Assembly (NCBI GenBank): GCA_017457005.1
Contig: JAFTII010000004.1
Coordinates: forward strand, 1-52,045
Length of the DNA: 52,045 nt
Source: Alphaproteobacteria bacterium
GTDB lineage: Bacteria > Pseudomonadota > Alphaproteobacteria > RF32 > CAG-239
Reading direction: 5' to 3'
In this document: piece after piece, positions 30,539-42,331 of the stretch
Numbering within the stretch: the first letter of the stretch is position 1
Layout: every line of letters starts with the position of its first letter
Translations under genes and position numbers: made by a program
Notes under the pieces: generated by a model
Told to the model about the DNA's origin: nothing
The model's input: the letters and a program-made list of their open reading frames with translations, nothing else
The model's database searches: none

Positions 30539-31920
30539 TGTACTATAGTTTATTTGAAATATTTTCTATCGGAGTAGGGCCTTCTAGTTCGCATACTGTT
30601 GGTCCCATGCGTGCCGCCAAAAGATATCTTGATAACCTAAAGTCCGAAGGTTGCTTCCCTTTAGTAAAAAACATTAAAGTTACACTATATGGTTCTTTAG
30701 CGCTTACCGGAGTAGGTCACGGAACGGTTAAAGCTATTATATATGGACTCATGGGGTTAGAAGCGGAAGCCATAGACCCTGGCAAACCGTATGTTGTTGC
30801 AGTTGAACGAGACGGAATTTTGCACTTAGGACAAGAACGAGCAATAAATTTTAATCTTAAAGAAGATATTGTTTTTGCCAAAGATACTTTTTTGCAGGAA
30901 CATTCTAATGGTATGAAGTTTAGCGCTTTCTCTGAAGATGGCACAGAACTTCTATCTGAAATATATTTTTCTATCGGAGGCGGAACAATTGCTCGCCAAG
31001 ATGAAATCGGCCGAAGAATTAGCCGAAAACCATATAATGTTCCCTATCAATTTGATACTTGCCAAGAACTGCTTAATATTGCAGAGAAACAAAATTTGAG
31101 TATATCCGATATTGTGTTGCAAAACGAAGTCTGTTTGCGCCCTGAAAAAGATGTCTATTCATATATTGAAAAAATCCATCAAGTTATGCAAAACTCCATA
31201 GAAAGAGGGATAAAAGCAGAAGGAACTCTGGGAGGAGGGCTAGGAATAAGACGCCGAGCAGGAGAAATATTTAAGAGCCTTCAAGACCGTTTTGAAAAAA
31301 ATAATATGGATTCCTTAATGATAATTGATTGGTTGAATTTATGGGGATTTGCAGTTGCAGAAGAAAATGCCTCAGGAGGACAAATTGTAACTGCGCCCAC
31401 AATGGGTTCTGCCGGAATTATGCCTTCGGTTATTCGCTATTATGAACGTTTTGCGCATCACAAATCTACGTTTAATATAAAAGACGGAATAATACGTTTT
31501 CTCACGACAGCTTCTGCAATCTGCAGTTTGTACCGTAGTAATGCTTCTATTTCCGGAGCAGAGGTCGGGTGTCAGGGAGAGGTAGGAGTTGCTTGTTCAA
31601 TGGCTGCTGCCGGATTAGTTGCTGCAATGGGTGGCACAAATTATCAAATAGAAAATGCTGCAGAAATTGCAATGGAACATAATTTGGGTCTTACTTGTGA
31701 TCCGGTTGGAGGTTTAGTACAAGTTCCTTGTATTGAAAGAAATGCCATGGGAGCGGTAAAAGCAGTGAATGCGGCACGCTTGGCATATAGCGGAGAAGGA
31801 AAACATCTGGTTAGTTTAGACAGTGTTATTAAAACTATGTATTTCACAGGTATAGATATGAACACCAGATATAAAGAAACATCTCTTGGTGGCTTAGCAA
31901 AACACATCACCAACTGTTAG
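30538..31920 (+). CDS. sdaA: L-serine ammonia-lyase, Fe-S single-chain type
   Basis: GPSSSHTVGPM, SGAEVGCQGEVG, LGLTCDPVGGLVQVPCIERN, YKETSLGGLA. Confidence 0.96.
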   Translation: MYYSLFEIFSIGVGPSSSHTVGPMRAAKRYLDNLKSEGCFPLVKNIKVTLYGSLALTGVGHGTVKAIIYGLMGLEAEAIDPGKPYVVAVERDGILHLGQERAINFNLKEDIVFAKDTFLQEHSNGMKFSAFSEDGTELLSEIYFSIGGGTIARQDEIGRRISRKPYNVPYQFDTCQELLNIAEKQNLSISDIVLQNEVCLRPEKDVYSYIEKIHQVMQNSIERGIKAEGTLGGGLGIRRRAGEIFKSLQDRFEKNNMDSLMIIDWLNLWGFAVAEENASGGQIVTAPTMGSAGIMPSVIRYYERFAHHKSTFNIKDGIIRFLTTASAICSLYRSNASISGAEVGCQGEVGVACSMAAAGLVAAMGGTNYQIENAAEIAMEHNLGLTCDPVGGLVQVPCIERNAMGAVKAVNAARLAYSGEGKHLVSLDSVIKTMYFTGIDMNTRYKETSLGGLAKHITNC

Positions 31921-32001
31921 AAAACAAAATTATTTTCTTGCTAAAAATAAGGTGGATTGTAGTATAAGAACTGTTAAGAGTATTAATTTGCAGGAGTTGC
32001 T

Positions 32002-32382
32002 ATGTTTTCAAAATTGTTCAAAGGCGAGTTTTCATTAGCAGAAACTTTTTGGAAATTTGGTATATTAGGTTTAATAATCTTAAACCTGTTGGTTAAGTTT
32101 TTTGCATATTTACTGAATGGTTATTTACAAGGTAATTCTATAAAGAATTATTTTTTTCATAATTTTCATTTTGTAGATTCGCCCAAATTAGGAATATTAT
32201 GGACTTTGTGTTACATAAGCAGTTTAATTATCTTAGCTTTTTACTCATGGAACATTGCTTTAGGAGTATGGCGTAGTGCCAATAATTATGAAAAAAGCGG
32301 GATATTGAGCTTTTTTGCCAAATTGTTTATTGTTGCTATCGTCATATATATATGGATAAAAGTATTACTTCCGGTATTTTAG
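32002..32382 (+). CDS. Hypothetical membrane protein
   Basis: GGAG RBS; GEFSLAETFW and GVWRSA motifs; about 3 TM segments. Confidence 0.7.
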   Translation: MFSKLFKGEFSLAETFWKFGILGLIILNLLVKFFAYLLNGYLQGNSIKNYFFHNFHFVDSPKLGILWTLCYISSLIILAFYSWNIALGVWRSANNYEKSGILSFFAKLFIVAIVIYIWIKVLLPVF

Positions 32383-32394
32383 GGGAGGGATGAT

Positions 32395-32541
32395 ATGAAG
32401 TATTTTTTATTGATTTTTTTTCTTCTGCTATCCGCTTGCCAAGTAGGCGAACTTACTCCTGAAAGAGAAGCTTTATATACTAAAAATACCGTAGATTGCA
32501 ATAAAACACCTCAAAAATGTATTGACGGTTATCCTTGGTAA
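32395..32541 (+). CDS. Small lipoprotein, 48 aa (not in ORF track)
   Basis: GGGAGG RBS; MKYFLLIFFLLLSACQVGELTPEREALYTKNTVDCNKTPQKCIDGYPW; LSAC lipobox. Confidence 0.75.
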   Translation: MKYFLLIFFLLLSACQVGELTPEREALYTKNTVDCNKTPQKCIDGYPW

Positions 32542-32573
32542 TATCAAGCAACTTATAAAGTGATTATAGGCTA

Positions 32574-32612
32574 AAAAACAACCCCTCATAGATTTTTCTA
32601 TGAGGGGTAAAA
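32574..32612. terminator. Bidirectional terminator
   Basis: ACCCCTCATAGA-TTTT-TCTATGAGGGGT between convergent genes. Confidence 0.8.
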
Positions 32613-32628
32613 TTAAGCATTTAAGCTT

Positions 32629-33840
32629 TTACTTTTTCAGAACAACCACACCCGGAAGCTCTTTGCCTTCCATCCACTCAAGGAAAGCACCGCCGGCAGT
32701 AGAGATGTAAGAGAACTTACTTTCCACACCGGCATTAGCCAAAGCAGAAACAGTATCTCCGCCACCGGCAACCGAAACTAATTTTCCAGCTTGTGTGAGT
32801 TCAGCGGCTTTTTCAGCTACTTTGTTGGTAGCATTATCAAACGGCTTCATCTCAAACACGCCGAGCGGACCATTCCACACCAAAGTTTTGCACTCTTCCA
32901 ATTTGGCAGAGATTGCAGCAATGGTTTTTTCGCCCACATCAAGCAAGCTCCAACCCTCAGCCGGAATATCAGCCAAAGACACGGTTTTGTGTTCAGCCAT
33001 TGGTTTGAACTCTTTAGACACTACCACATCAACCGGCAAGATGATTTCGCAGTTGTTGGCTTTGGCGGTTGCCATAATTTCTTTAGCTGTGTCAAGCATA
33101 TCCATCTGAACCAGAGAGTTGCTCTCATTCACGGTATCAATTCCGCTTGCTTTCATAAAGGTATGAGCCATACCGCCGGAGATAACCAGCATATTAACTT
33201 TCTTAACCAAGTTATTGAGCAAGTCAAGCTTGGTAGATACCTTAGAACCGCCGACAATAGCCATCAACGGACGTTCCGGATTGTTTAATCCCTTAGAAAG
33301 AGCATCAACTTCTTCAGCCATCAACAATCCGAAAGCCGATGGACGTTTTTTAACCGCTGCCACCATAGAAGCATGCGCTCTGTGAGCAGTAGAAAAAGCA
33401 TCAGAAACATAAACATCTGCCGGCTTAACCAACTCTTCGGCAAAAGTTTCATCGCCTTTTTTCTCTTCATTATAAAAACGAAGATTTTCCAACAACAAAA
33501 CTTCATCAGCTTTCATGTTTTTAACCGCCTCGGCTACTTTGTCGCCGATACAATCTTCCACAAACACCACATGCTTGCCCAAAGATTTTTCCAGTTCCGG
33601 AGCTACATGAGACAGAGAGTTTTTCATATCTCCTTTTCCCTCCGGACGTCCGAAGTGAGATATAACAACCACTTTAGCACCTTTTTCCATCAAGGTTTTG
33701 ATGGTTGGAACCGTACGATCAATACGGGCAGTGTTTGTAACGCGGAAGTTTTCATCCATCGGAACATTAAGATCGGCACGCAACATAGCAACCTTACCGC
33801 TTAAGTTGCCTAAATCTGCAATTGTTTTAAATTCCATCAT
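32629..33840 (-). CDS. pgk: Phosphoglycerate kinase
   Basis: RADLNVP, SHFGRP, LLENLRF, WNGPLGVFE, STAGGAFLEWMEGK. Confidence 0.98.
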   Translation of the reverse strand: MMEFKTIADLGNLSGKVAMLRADLNVPMDENFRVTNTARIDRTVPTIKTLMEKGAKVVVISHFGRPEGKGDMKNSLSHVAPELEKSLGKHVVFVEDCIGDKVAEAVKNMKADEVLLLENLRFYNEEKKGDETFAEELVKPADVYVSDAFSTAHRAHASMVAAVKKRPSAFGLLMAEEVDALSKGLNNPERPLMAIVGGSKVSTKLDLLNNLVKKVNMLVISGGMAHTFMKASGIDTVNESNSLVQMDMLDTAKEIMATAKANNCEIILPVDVVVSKEFKPMAEHKTVSLADIPAEGWSLLDVGEKTIAAISAKLEECKTLVWNGPLGVFEMKPFDNATNKVAEKAAELTQAGKLVSVAGGGDTVSALANAGVESKFSYISTAGGAFLEWMEGKELPGVVVLKK

Positions 33841-33919
33841 TTTTTTCCTAAATTTAAAATTATACATAAAGTAATTATTGTCAAATAGGGTAATAAATCA
33901 CTTTTTGTATGTTGTCTAT

Positions 33920-33974
33920 AAAAAAATTCCGCATTTTGACACCGATAAATTTACCGGTGCCAAAACTACGGAAT
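33920..33974 (-). terminator. Long hairpin/terminator between gap and pgk
   Basis: Minus strand TTCCGTAGTTTTGGCACCGGT...ATCGGTGTCAAAATGCGGAA plus T-run. Confidence 0.7.
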
Positions 33975-33981
33975 CCAAACA

Positions 33982-35079
<1,098 letters not shown>

Positions 35080-35294
35080 TTATTTTTTCAAGAAGATTCT
35101 GTTGTTTTTACTTTTATCCGAGCCTAAAAATCGGAGCTAAAAATATTTTGGCTAAAAATTAAAGCTTTATATACTAATGTATGCTAAATATGCAATATAA
35201 ATGTAACACAAAATAGACAAAAATATTTTGCATTTTTGAAAAAATATGCTATTATAATGCTAAGAGTTCAATTTTGTCAGCAATGGAGGAATAA

Positions 35295-37478
35295 ATGGCC
35301 AGCATCAGACAAATCAAATATAGTAAAGATTTTGATATTGAAGATATAGATATCAAAGAATTGGAAACTCAAGAAACCAGAGAAAATATTGCAGATGATT
35401 TTGATAGAGAACAAGCTCAAAGCATTTTTGATGTATATAACAAAATAAAAGGCGATAGTACCAAAGAAGCCAAATTCAAAGAGCTATATGCTTTAATGTC
35501 TGATATGAATAGTGCTGAATGGGCATACGATGGTAAAGAAAATAAAACACTGCTTAATGAAAAAGACGGAGTTCAAACCTTAAGAATCAAAAATTTGGGC
35601 GGAAGCGGACTGGATCTTGCCATTACAGATGACAAATCATTTATTTTTGAGCAAGGTGGCCTTACCGATTGGCAAGTTGCATCATTTGCAAGTTTTTTTG
35701 CTGACCATGGTATGACCCCGGAATCGTTTGAAGGGGTTAAAGACCTAAAAGTAACTAATGCCAAAGGCGAAGAAATCGGAACATTTGAACAAGTATATGC
35801 TTCTTATACTGATTATAGTCAATATGAAGGCAAAAGCGCAGAAGAATTATCTAAACTTCTTGAAGGTAAAGAAGGCTATACCGAATATATGGCTGCTATA
35901 GATAGACGTGGTGCTATTAAAGCTCAGGGTAATTTAACTCCGGAATTACAAGCTGAGTTGGAAGCTCTAAATCGTCAAATAGCAACTTTTGAACCGGCAC
36001 TTGTCAGAGCGCAAGAACAACAGCAGTCTCAAGAGGAAAAAGGCGCTGATATTCACGCTTCTGGTAATCAGCAAGAAGATGATAATCAATCCCAATCTCA
36101 ACAACAATCGTCTCCACAGACAGATAATGATGATAATAAAGACTACGAACTTCCCAAAGGAAATGAAGATGACTTGGGAGGTTATGATAATGTATCTTTT
36201 AATTCTTATATTGAAGGTGCCGAGAAAGATAAAAAGCCGAGCCTTAGGACATTTAAATCTACTTTAGGATTTCGTGGCGGAATTATGCGTGTTGATAAAA
36301 AATGTATTCGTCAACGCCGGATGCCCGATGGTAGTTATGTAATCAGTTTTTATAACAGCGAAGAAGATAAACTCAAAGACGGTAAGGTTGACCCCAAAAC
36401 CGGTATTGCCAAACATACCAAACGTTGTGCTTTGAGATATTATCCCGGCAAACCGCCAACAATCGGTGTTTATATTCCCCAAGGTTCTAAAGTAGAAGGC
36501 GGTGTAGCCAAAGGAGCTCTCGGAACATTAAAAAATATGGGCTACAAATATTTTACCATGCCTCCATCATATGATATCGGCGGAGAGGTGTTTGGCTCAT
36601 TTATGACAGCAGCCGGAGATCAACTGATGTGTCCGCGTCTTAAACGCTCCGCAGATGATACCGAAGGATGTGATATGGGTAATGATAACCTTAATCAAAT
36701 CCTCAAAGGCATAAAAGATAAAGATGAAGGTAATGATAAAGATCTTAAGCTTTTCAAAATGCGTCTGGTTGAAGAAATAAATTCGTATTACAAAGCATCA
36801 GATAAGTTAAGAGATAGCGCTGCAATGCTTGCCGGTGATGTGAAGTTTGATCATTGGGCTTCTTCAACTCTTCCTCGTTTGAATCGTTATATCAAAAATG
36901 GTACCGAACAAGGTTGGAATGCGGTTGATGTTGCTTGCGCTTATGCTGCTCAAGCTAAAGTTGCTGAAGCAATTCATAAAGGTGAGCTTACTTATGCTGA
37001 TGAAAACGGACAAGAACATCGTGTAAAATATGATTATCTGGCTGAGAAGGAACTGGCTGCGAAACAAGATGATATAATAGATAAAATGTTTAAGTCCGAA
37101 ATGCGCAAAGCAGAACCAAATGTTATTGCGTATTTTAAGGAAAATTGTCATGCCGGATCAAGTGAACAAAGTTATGATGATGAAGGAAATCAACAAGATC
37201 AATATAATGATAAAAATAATAAAAATCTTAGCCAACGAGATTTTGATAATGCTTCTCGTAAATTGGTAGATCACTTCCGTGATGACGTTGCCGGTGGTAC
37301 ATTTAGTGCAATTTGTGGCAAATATCCTGGCTCTGAGAAAACTAAAGATTGGCGTCCGGAGAGAACAACCGGTTATACCAATATCAAAATTGGTAATGAA
37401 AACAATAGATTTGGCAATCTTCACGGTAACAGAAGACGACAACAGTCAACGCCACAACGTCAGCAATCTACCCGATAA
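35295..37478 (+). CDS. Hypothetical 727-aa acidic soluble protein
   Basis: GGAGG RBS, long ORF, own terminator; Q/D/N-rich linkers; no recognised domain. Confidence 0.8.
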   Translation: MASIRQIKYSKDFDIEDIDIKELETQETRENIADDFDREQAQSIFDVYNKIKGDSTKEAKFKELYALMSDMNSAEWAYDGKENKTLLNEKDGVQTLRIKNLGGSGLDLAITDDKSFIFEQGGLTDWQVASFASFFADHGMTPESFEGVKDLKVTNAKGEEIGTFEQVYASYTDYSQYEGKSAEELSKLLEGKEGYTEYMAAIDRRGAIKAQGNLTPELQAELEALNRQIATFEPALVRAQEQQQSQEEKGADIHASGNQQEDDNQSQSQQQSSPQTDNDDNKDYELPKGNEDDLGGYDNVSFNSYIEGAEKDKKPSLRTFKSTLGFRGGIMRVDKKCIRQRRMPDGSYVISFYNSEEDKLKDGKVDPKTGIAKHTKRCALRYYPGKPPTIGVYIPQGSKVEGGVAKGALGTLKNMGYKYFTMPPSYDIGGEVFGSFMTAAGDQLMCPRLKRSADDTEGCDMGNDNLNQILKGIKDKDEGNDKDLKLFKMRLVEEINSYYKASDKLRDSAAMLAGDVKFDHWASSTLPRLNRYIKNGTEQGWNAVDVACAYAAQAKVAEAIHKGELTYADENGQEHRVKYDYLAEKELAAKQDDIIDKMFKSEMRKAEPNVIAYFKENCHAGSSEQSYDDEGNQQDQYNDKNNKNLSQRDFDNASRKLVDHFRDDVAGGTFSAICGKYPGSEKTKDWRPERTTGYTNIKIGNENNRFGNLHGNRRRQQSTPQRQQSTR

Positions 37479-37513
37479 AAAAAAGGGAGCTTGATGTTCA
37501 AGCTCCCTTTCTT
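37477..37513. terminator. Bidirectional terminator
   Basis: AAAGGGAGCTTGA-TGT-TCAAGCTCCCTTT. Confidence 0.85.
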
Positions 37514-37516
37514 CTA

Positions 37517-38053
37517 TTAAACTTTTTCAATCCACTTTATTTTGCTTTCATCATAGCGATCGTCAGGCTGTTTGGGAGTTTCCGCCGGATACCCCATCGG
37601 CACAATTGCAAACGGACGAATATTTTCCGGTAAATTTAACCTTTCTCGTAATGCATCAACAATTTTTTGCATTGGAGCAGCACCGCAATAGCAAGTTCCG
37701 ACCCCTTCTGCCCATGCCGCTAATAATAATGATTGGGTAGCTATAGCACAATCCACATCAACATAAGTCCATTTTTCATCATCTTTATCACGGCTAAAAG
37801 CTTTATCGGTGTCGCCACATACGATAACCACACAAGAAGCATTTTTAGCAAAAGATGTCCAGCGTTGAATATAGCGCAATTCTTCCATAAATTTTTTGTC
37901 TTCAATTACCAAGAATTCCCACGGCTGCATATTATGCGCACTTGGCGAATGTTGTGCGGCTTTAATGATTTTTTTTATAGTTTCTTTATCAATTTTTTTA
38001 TCTTGATATTGTCTGACCGAACGCCTGGTCAATAAGCCTTCCATTAATTCCAT
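37517..38053 (-). CDS. Nitroreductase family protein
   Basis: TRRSVRQY, SPSAHNMQPWEF, DCAIATQSLLLAA, PMGYP. Confidence 0.92.
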   Translation of the reverse strand: MELMEGLLTRRSVRQYQDKKIDKETIKKIIKAAQHSPSAHNMQPWEFLVIEDKKFMEELRYIQRWTSFAKNASCVVIVCGDTDKAFSRDKDDEKWTYVDVDCAIATQSLLLAAWAEGVGTCYCGAAPMQKIVDALRERLNLPENIRPFAIVPMGYPAETPKQPDDRYDESKIKWIEKV

Positions 38054-38115
38054 AATTAAACTCCAAAATTAAATCACTTGATTGAATTTTGCATAATATT
38101 ACCAAAAAGTCAAGC

Positions 38116-40566
38116 TTATTTGCCGTTTATTATGGTCAAAGCATCTTCCAACGTCAGCTCTTTGTCTTTCATTGCTTTCGGTATTGCATAATTAGTATGT
38201 CCGCTTTTCAGATACGGTCCATATCTGCCAGAAAGCAAATGAATTTCTTGTTTATTCTTCGGATTGACCCCCAATACCTGCCCGCTTGGGCGTTCTTTGG
38301 CACCGGACAATAATTCTTTTGCTCTTTCTAGAGTAATATTAAAAATATTATCATTTCCGCGCAAAGATTGAGACTTGTTGCCTTGCTTAACATAAGGACC
38401 GAACTTTCCGGTATTAACGGTTATATCTTCTCCCAAATCAAAAGGCATGGATACCAAACGAACAGCCTGTTCTACGGTCAATTCTTCCGGAGTTATTCCT
38501 TTAGGCAAAGCCGAACGTTTGGGCTTTTCGGTTGTAGCGGTTGCATCTTCGCCTAATTGTACATAAAAACCGTATGGTCCTTTTTTCAGATAAATATTCA
38601 TTCCGTTTAATTCACCGAGAATCTTATCTTCCGGATTCGTTGTTTTAGAACTTGCCGAAGCTTCTTCATCGGTGGTATCAACTAATGGTTTGGTATATTT
38701 ACAGTCCGGATAGTTGGAACATCCTATAAACGCTCCGAATCTTCCCAATTTTACGCTTAATTTTCCTTGTCCGCAGTCAGGACAAACTCTCGGGTCAGAT
38801 CCGTCTTCACGTGGCGGAAACAGATGATAAGCCAAAACTTCATCAATTTTTTCAATAACTTCACTTATCTGTAATGGTTTAACTGCTTCAATATTTTTAA
38901 TGAACTTAACCCAAAAACCGTTTAGCAGTTTTTTCCATTCCATTTCACCGGCAGAAACATTATCCAAAAACTCTTCTAATTGCGCCGTAAAATCATATTC
39001 TACATATTTTTTGAAGAAGTTCTCTAAAAATACGGTTACGATTCTTCCTCTGTCTTCCGGTATAAAACGCAATTTTTCTACTCTCACATATTTGCGTTCT
39101 TGCAATACCGCAATAATTGTTGCATAGGTTGAGGGGCGTCCGATTCCCAGTTCTTCAAGTTTTTTGACCAAACTTGCTTCCGTAAAACGCGGTGGTGGAA
39201 CCGTAAAGTGTTGTTCGGGAGTGATTTCTCCTTTGCTCACACTTTCTCCGTTTTCTACATTAGGCAAAATTTTGTTTTCATCATCTTCATCAGCATCATC
39301 TTTAGATTCCTGATAAAGTTTCAAGAATCCGTCAAAGTCAATAACTTGTCCGTTAGCCCGCAACATAATTAACTTATCAGCTGATATGGAATCAACTACC
39401 ACCTTATCCATAATTGCCGGATTCATTTGGCAGGCAACTGTTCGTTTCCAAATTAATTCGTATAGTTTATGTGCATCTGCATCAAGTTTTGCTTCCATCT
39501 TTTTGGGAGTGTTCATCACGTCAGATGGGCGGATTGCTTCGTGAGCTTCCTGAGCATTTTTAGATTTGGTTTTATATTCTTTAGGTACTTTAGGCAAATA
39601 TGCCTCGCCAAAATATTTTAAGATAGCATCTCGGCAAGCATCTATTGCTTCTTTAGATAAGTTTACCGCATCAGTACGCATATAGGTTATAAATCCGTCT
39701 TCATAGAGTTTTTGAGCAATCTGCATTGTTTTTTTGGCTGAAAAACGAAGTTTGCGAGCAGCTTCTTGTTGTAATGTAGATGTGGTAAACGGTGGAGCCG
39801 GATAACGATTGGTTTTTTTGCGCTCCACATTAGCTATACTAAACTCTTGAGCCTCAATTTTAGCTTTTGCTTCAAGAGCTTTTTCTTCAGAATTAAGGTC
39901 AAATTTTTCCAATTTTTTACCATCTAATTGGATTAAACGAGACTTAATCAGCGCCTGCGTTTTGGTAATCAACTCCGCATCAATCGTCCAATATTCTTCA
40001 GCCTTAAACTTTTCAATTTCAGTTTCTCTTTCACAAATCAGACGAAGAGCAACAGACTGCACCCGACCGGCTGATTTTGATCCGGGGAGTTTGCGCCACA
40101 AAACCGGAGATAACGTAAAGCCGACCAAGTAATCCAACGCACGCCTTGCCATATAGGCAGATACCAAATTATCATCAATTTGCCGAGGATTCTTAATTGC
40201 TTCTCCTACCGCTGATTTGGTAATTTCATGAAATACCACACGTTCAATTTTTTTATCTTTGAGTAGTTTTTTTGCTTTCAACTCCTCCAAAATATGCCAT
40301 GCAATAGCTTCTCCCTCTCTATCCGGGTCGGATGCAAGGACAATCGTATCACATTCTTTAACCGCTTTAACAATATCGGCCAATCTTTTTTTTCCGCCGG
40401 CAGATAATTCCCAAGTCATTGCAAAATCTTCATCCGGATTAACCGAACCGTCTTTACTCGGCAAATCTCTGATATGTCCGAAACTGGCTAAAACCTGATA
40501 ATCTTTGCCTAAATATTTATTAATTGTTTTAGCTTTTGCCGGAGACTCTACAATAACAAGTTTCAT
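38116..40566 (-). CDS. topA: DNA topoisomerase I
   Basis: VESPAKAKTI, DPDREGE, SAGRVQS, ITYMRTD, Zn ribbon, GxYGPY C-terminal repeats. Confidence 0.98.
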   Translation of the reverse strand: MKLVIVESPAKAKTINKYLGKDYQVLASFGHIRDLPSKDGSVNPDEDFAMTWELSAGGKKRLADIVKAVKECDTIVLASDPDREGEAIAWHILEELKAKKLLKDKKIERVVFHEITKSAVGEAIKNPRQIDDNLVSAYMARRALDYLVGFTLSPVLWRKLPGSKSAGRVQSVALRLICERETEIEKFKAEEYWTIDAELITKTQALIKSRLIQLDGKKLEKFDLNSEEKALEAKAKIEAQEFSIANVERKKTNRYPAPPFTTSTLQQEAARKLRFSAKKTMQIAQKLYEDGFITYMRTDAVNLSKEAIDACRDAILKYFGEAYLPKVPKEYKTKSKNAQEAHEAIRPSDVMNTPKKMEAKLDADAHKLYELIWKRTVACQMNPAIMDKVVVDSISADKLIMLRANGQVIDFDGFLKLYQESKDDADEDDENKILPNVENGESVSKGEITPEQHFTVPPPRFTEASLVKKLEELGIGRPSTYATIIAVLQERKYVRVEKLRFIPEDRGRIVTVFLENFFKKYVEYDFTAQLEEFLDNVSAGEMEWKKLLNGFWVKFIKNIEAVKPLQISEVIEKIDEVLAYHLFPPREDGSDPRVCPDCGQGKLSVKLGRFGAFIGCSNYPDCKYTKPLVDTTDEEASASSKTTNPEDKILGELNGMNIYLKKGPYGFYVQLGEDATATTEKPKRSALPKGITPEELTVEQAVRLVSMPFDLGEDITVNTGKFGPYVKQGNKSQSLRGNDNIFNITLERAKELLSGAKERPSGQVLGVNPKNKQEIHLLSGRYGPYLKSGHTNYAIPKAMKDKELTLEDALTIINGK

Positions 40567-40567
40567 C

Positions 40568-41686
40568 TTACTTACCTTTTATTAACGCTACTTTATTACC
40601 GCTTTGGCGCTCAATTTTACCACTCATTTCCAGTTCTAATAATTCTAAGGCTATTTCAGCCTCGCTCATTCCGCTGGCGCGAATAATCTCGTCCACATAT
40701 ACTCCATCAAAGTTCAAATAGTCAATGATTTTTGTTTTATTCAGATTTTGTGTTTGTTTCACGACATTATTATTTTCTAGTTTTAACTCTTGTTGTTTGG
40801 GGCGCTTAAGTACAATATTTTTATATTCTGACGGTATGTCTAAACATTTAATAATATCTTGTGCATTTTCAATCAAGAAAGCACCGTTTTTGATAAGATT
40901 ATTCGGACCGCAGCTTCTTGCTTCCAAAGGAGCCCCCGGTATTGCAAATATTTTACGATTATGGTCAGCTGCTATTTCTGCCGTAATTAAAGAACCTGAT
41001 TTATTGGTGGCTTCCACAACTAATGTTCCTGCGGATATTGTAGCCACGATTCTGTTTCTGCGAGGGAAATTATTGGCTTGGGGCAACGTTTCCGGACTGA
41101 ATTCGGATATTATGCACCCTTGCTCGGCAATTTGACAATATAAACTTTTATTTTCATTCGGATACGGAATGTCTGCTCCGGTTCCCAGTACGGCAATTGT
41201 TGCCCCGCTTTGTTGCTTGGCATATAAAGCCCCTTTATGAGCAGCCGCATCAATTCCTCTGGCCATGCCGGAAATTACCATAACATTTTGTTCGGTAAGG
41301 TCAAATGCGATTCGTGAGGCGGTTTTTCGTCCGTTTATAGAAGCATTTCTTGCCCCTACAATAGCCACTGCGGGAATTTGATTCAAAATATTATAATTGC
41401 CGATGGCATATAAAACCGGAGGAGCATCGGGAATATTCAAAAGTATTTGAGGATAATTCTTATCATCATAAGTAATTACGTGCATATTCTTTTTTATGGC
41501 ATTTTCATAAATATCCTCAGCCTTAGTTCGGGATAGTAAATTTATTTTTTTTACTTCTGATATATTTTCAATTGCATTTTTGACCGAACCATAGCGCTGT
41601 AATAGTTTATAAAACGTAATCGGCCCCAAATTATCGGAGTTGATTAATTGAATCGTATTAATTACGTTTTCTTCGTTATGCACCAT
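40568..41686 (-). CDS. dprA: DNA processing protein DprA
   Basis: VGARNAS, SGMARGIDAAAH, FPRRNRI, SGSLITA. Confidence 0.95.
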   Translation of the reverse strand: MVHNEENVINTIQLINSDNLGPITFYKLLQRYGSVKNAIENISEVKKINLLSRTKAEDIYENAIKKNMHVITYDDKNYPQILLNIPDAPPVLYAIGNYNILNQIPAVAIVGARNASINGRKTASRIAFDLTEQNVMVISGMARGIDAAAHKGALYAKQQSGATIAVLGTGADIPYPNENKSLYCQIAEQGCIISEFSPETLPQANNFPRRNRIVATISAGTLVVEATNKSGSLITAEIAADHNRKIFAIPGAPLEARSCGPNNLIKNGAFLIENAQDIIKCLDIPSEYKNIVLKRPKQQELKLENNNVVKQTQNLNKTKIIDYLNFDGVYVDEIIRASGMSEAEIALELLELEMSGKIERQSGNKVALIKGK

Positions 41687-41692
41687 AAATCT

Positions 41693-42331
41693 CTATTTTT
41701 TGAGTTTTATTTTACTTTCCTGTCCTTCTATTAATCTCGCAAAATTTGCGTGATGGCGTACTAATAACAAAACAACAATCAATGTATAAAAAATTGTATA
41801 AGTTATTCCTGCCATAAAATAGGTTAATATCGGTGTTAATGTTGCTGCGGTAATGGCTGCTAAAGATGAGTATTTAAATACAAATGCCGTTACAATCCAA
41901 ATCAACAAAGCCAACAAAGCAATTTTAGGAGTTAGGACCAAAACTAATCCGAAAGAAGAAGCTACCCCTTTCCCGCCTTTGAATTTTAGCCATACCGGAA
42001 AGTTATGCCCTAGTATTGCACAACCACCGGCAACTAAAGCCGCTAAAGTAGATGTATCTGTTAAATTACCAAAGATTGTAACATTACTTTCCGGAACAAT
42101 TGTTTTGGCAATATATGCTGCAATACCGGCCTTAAAAGCATCTAACAAAACGGTAAGCAAGGCAAGGGTTTTATTGCCGGTACGCAATACATTGGTTGCA
42201 CCGATGTTGCCTGACCCTATTTTTCTGATATCTCCATAACCGGCCAAATAGCAAAGAACCAAACCGAACGGTATTGAGCCGATTAAATATCCTCCGATTC
42301 CCAATATCCAAAAAAGTAAATTATCAGTCAT
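41693..42331 (-). CDS. plsY: Glycerol-3-phosphate acyltransferase PlsY
   Basis: GSIPFG, GSGNIGATN, GGKGVA, RHHANF. Confidence 0.96.
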   Translation of the reverse strand: MTDNLLFWILGIGGYLIGSIPFGLVLCYLAGYGDIRKIGSGNIGATNVLRTGNKTLALLTVLLDAFKAGIAAYIAKTIVPESNVTIFGNLTDTSTLAALVAGGCAILGHNFPVWLKFKGGKGVASSFGLVLVLTPKIALLALLIWIVTAFVFKYSSLAAITAATLTPILTYFMAGITYTIFYTLIVVLLLVRHHANFARLIEGQESKIKLKK

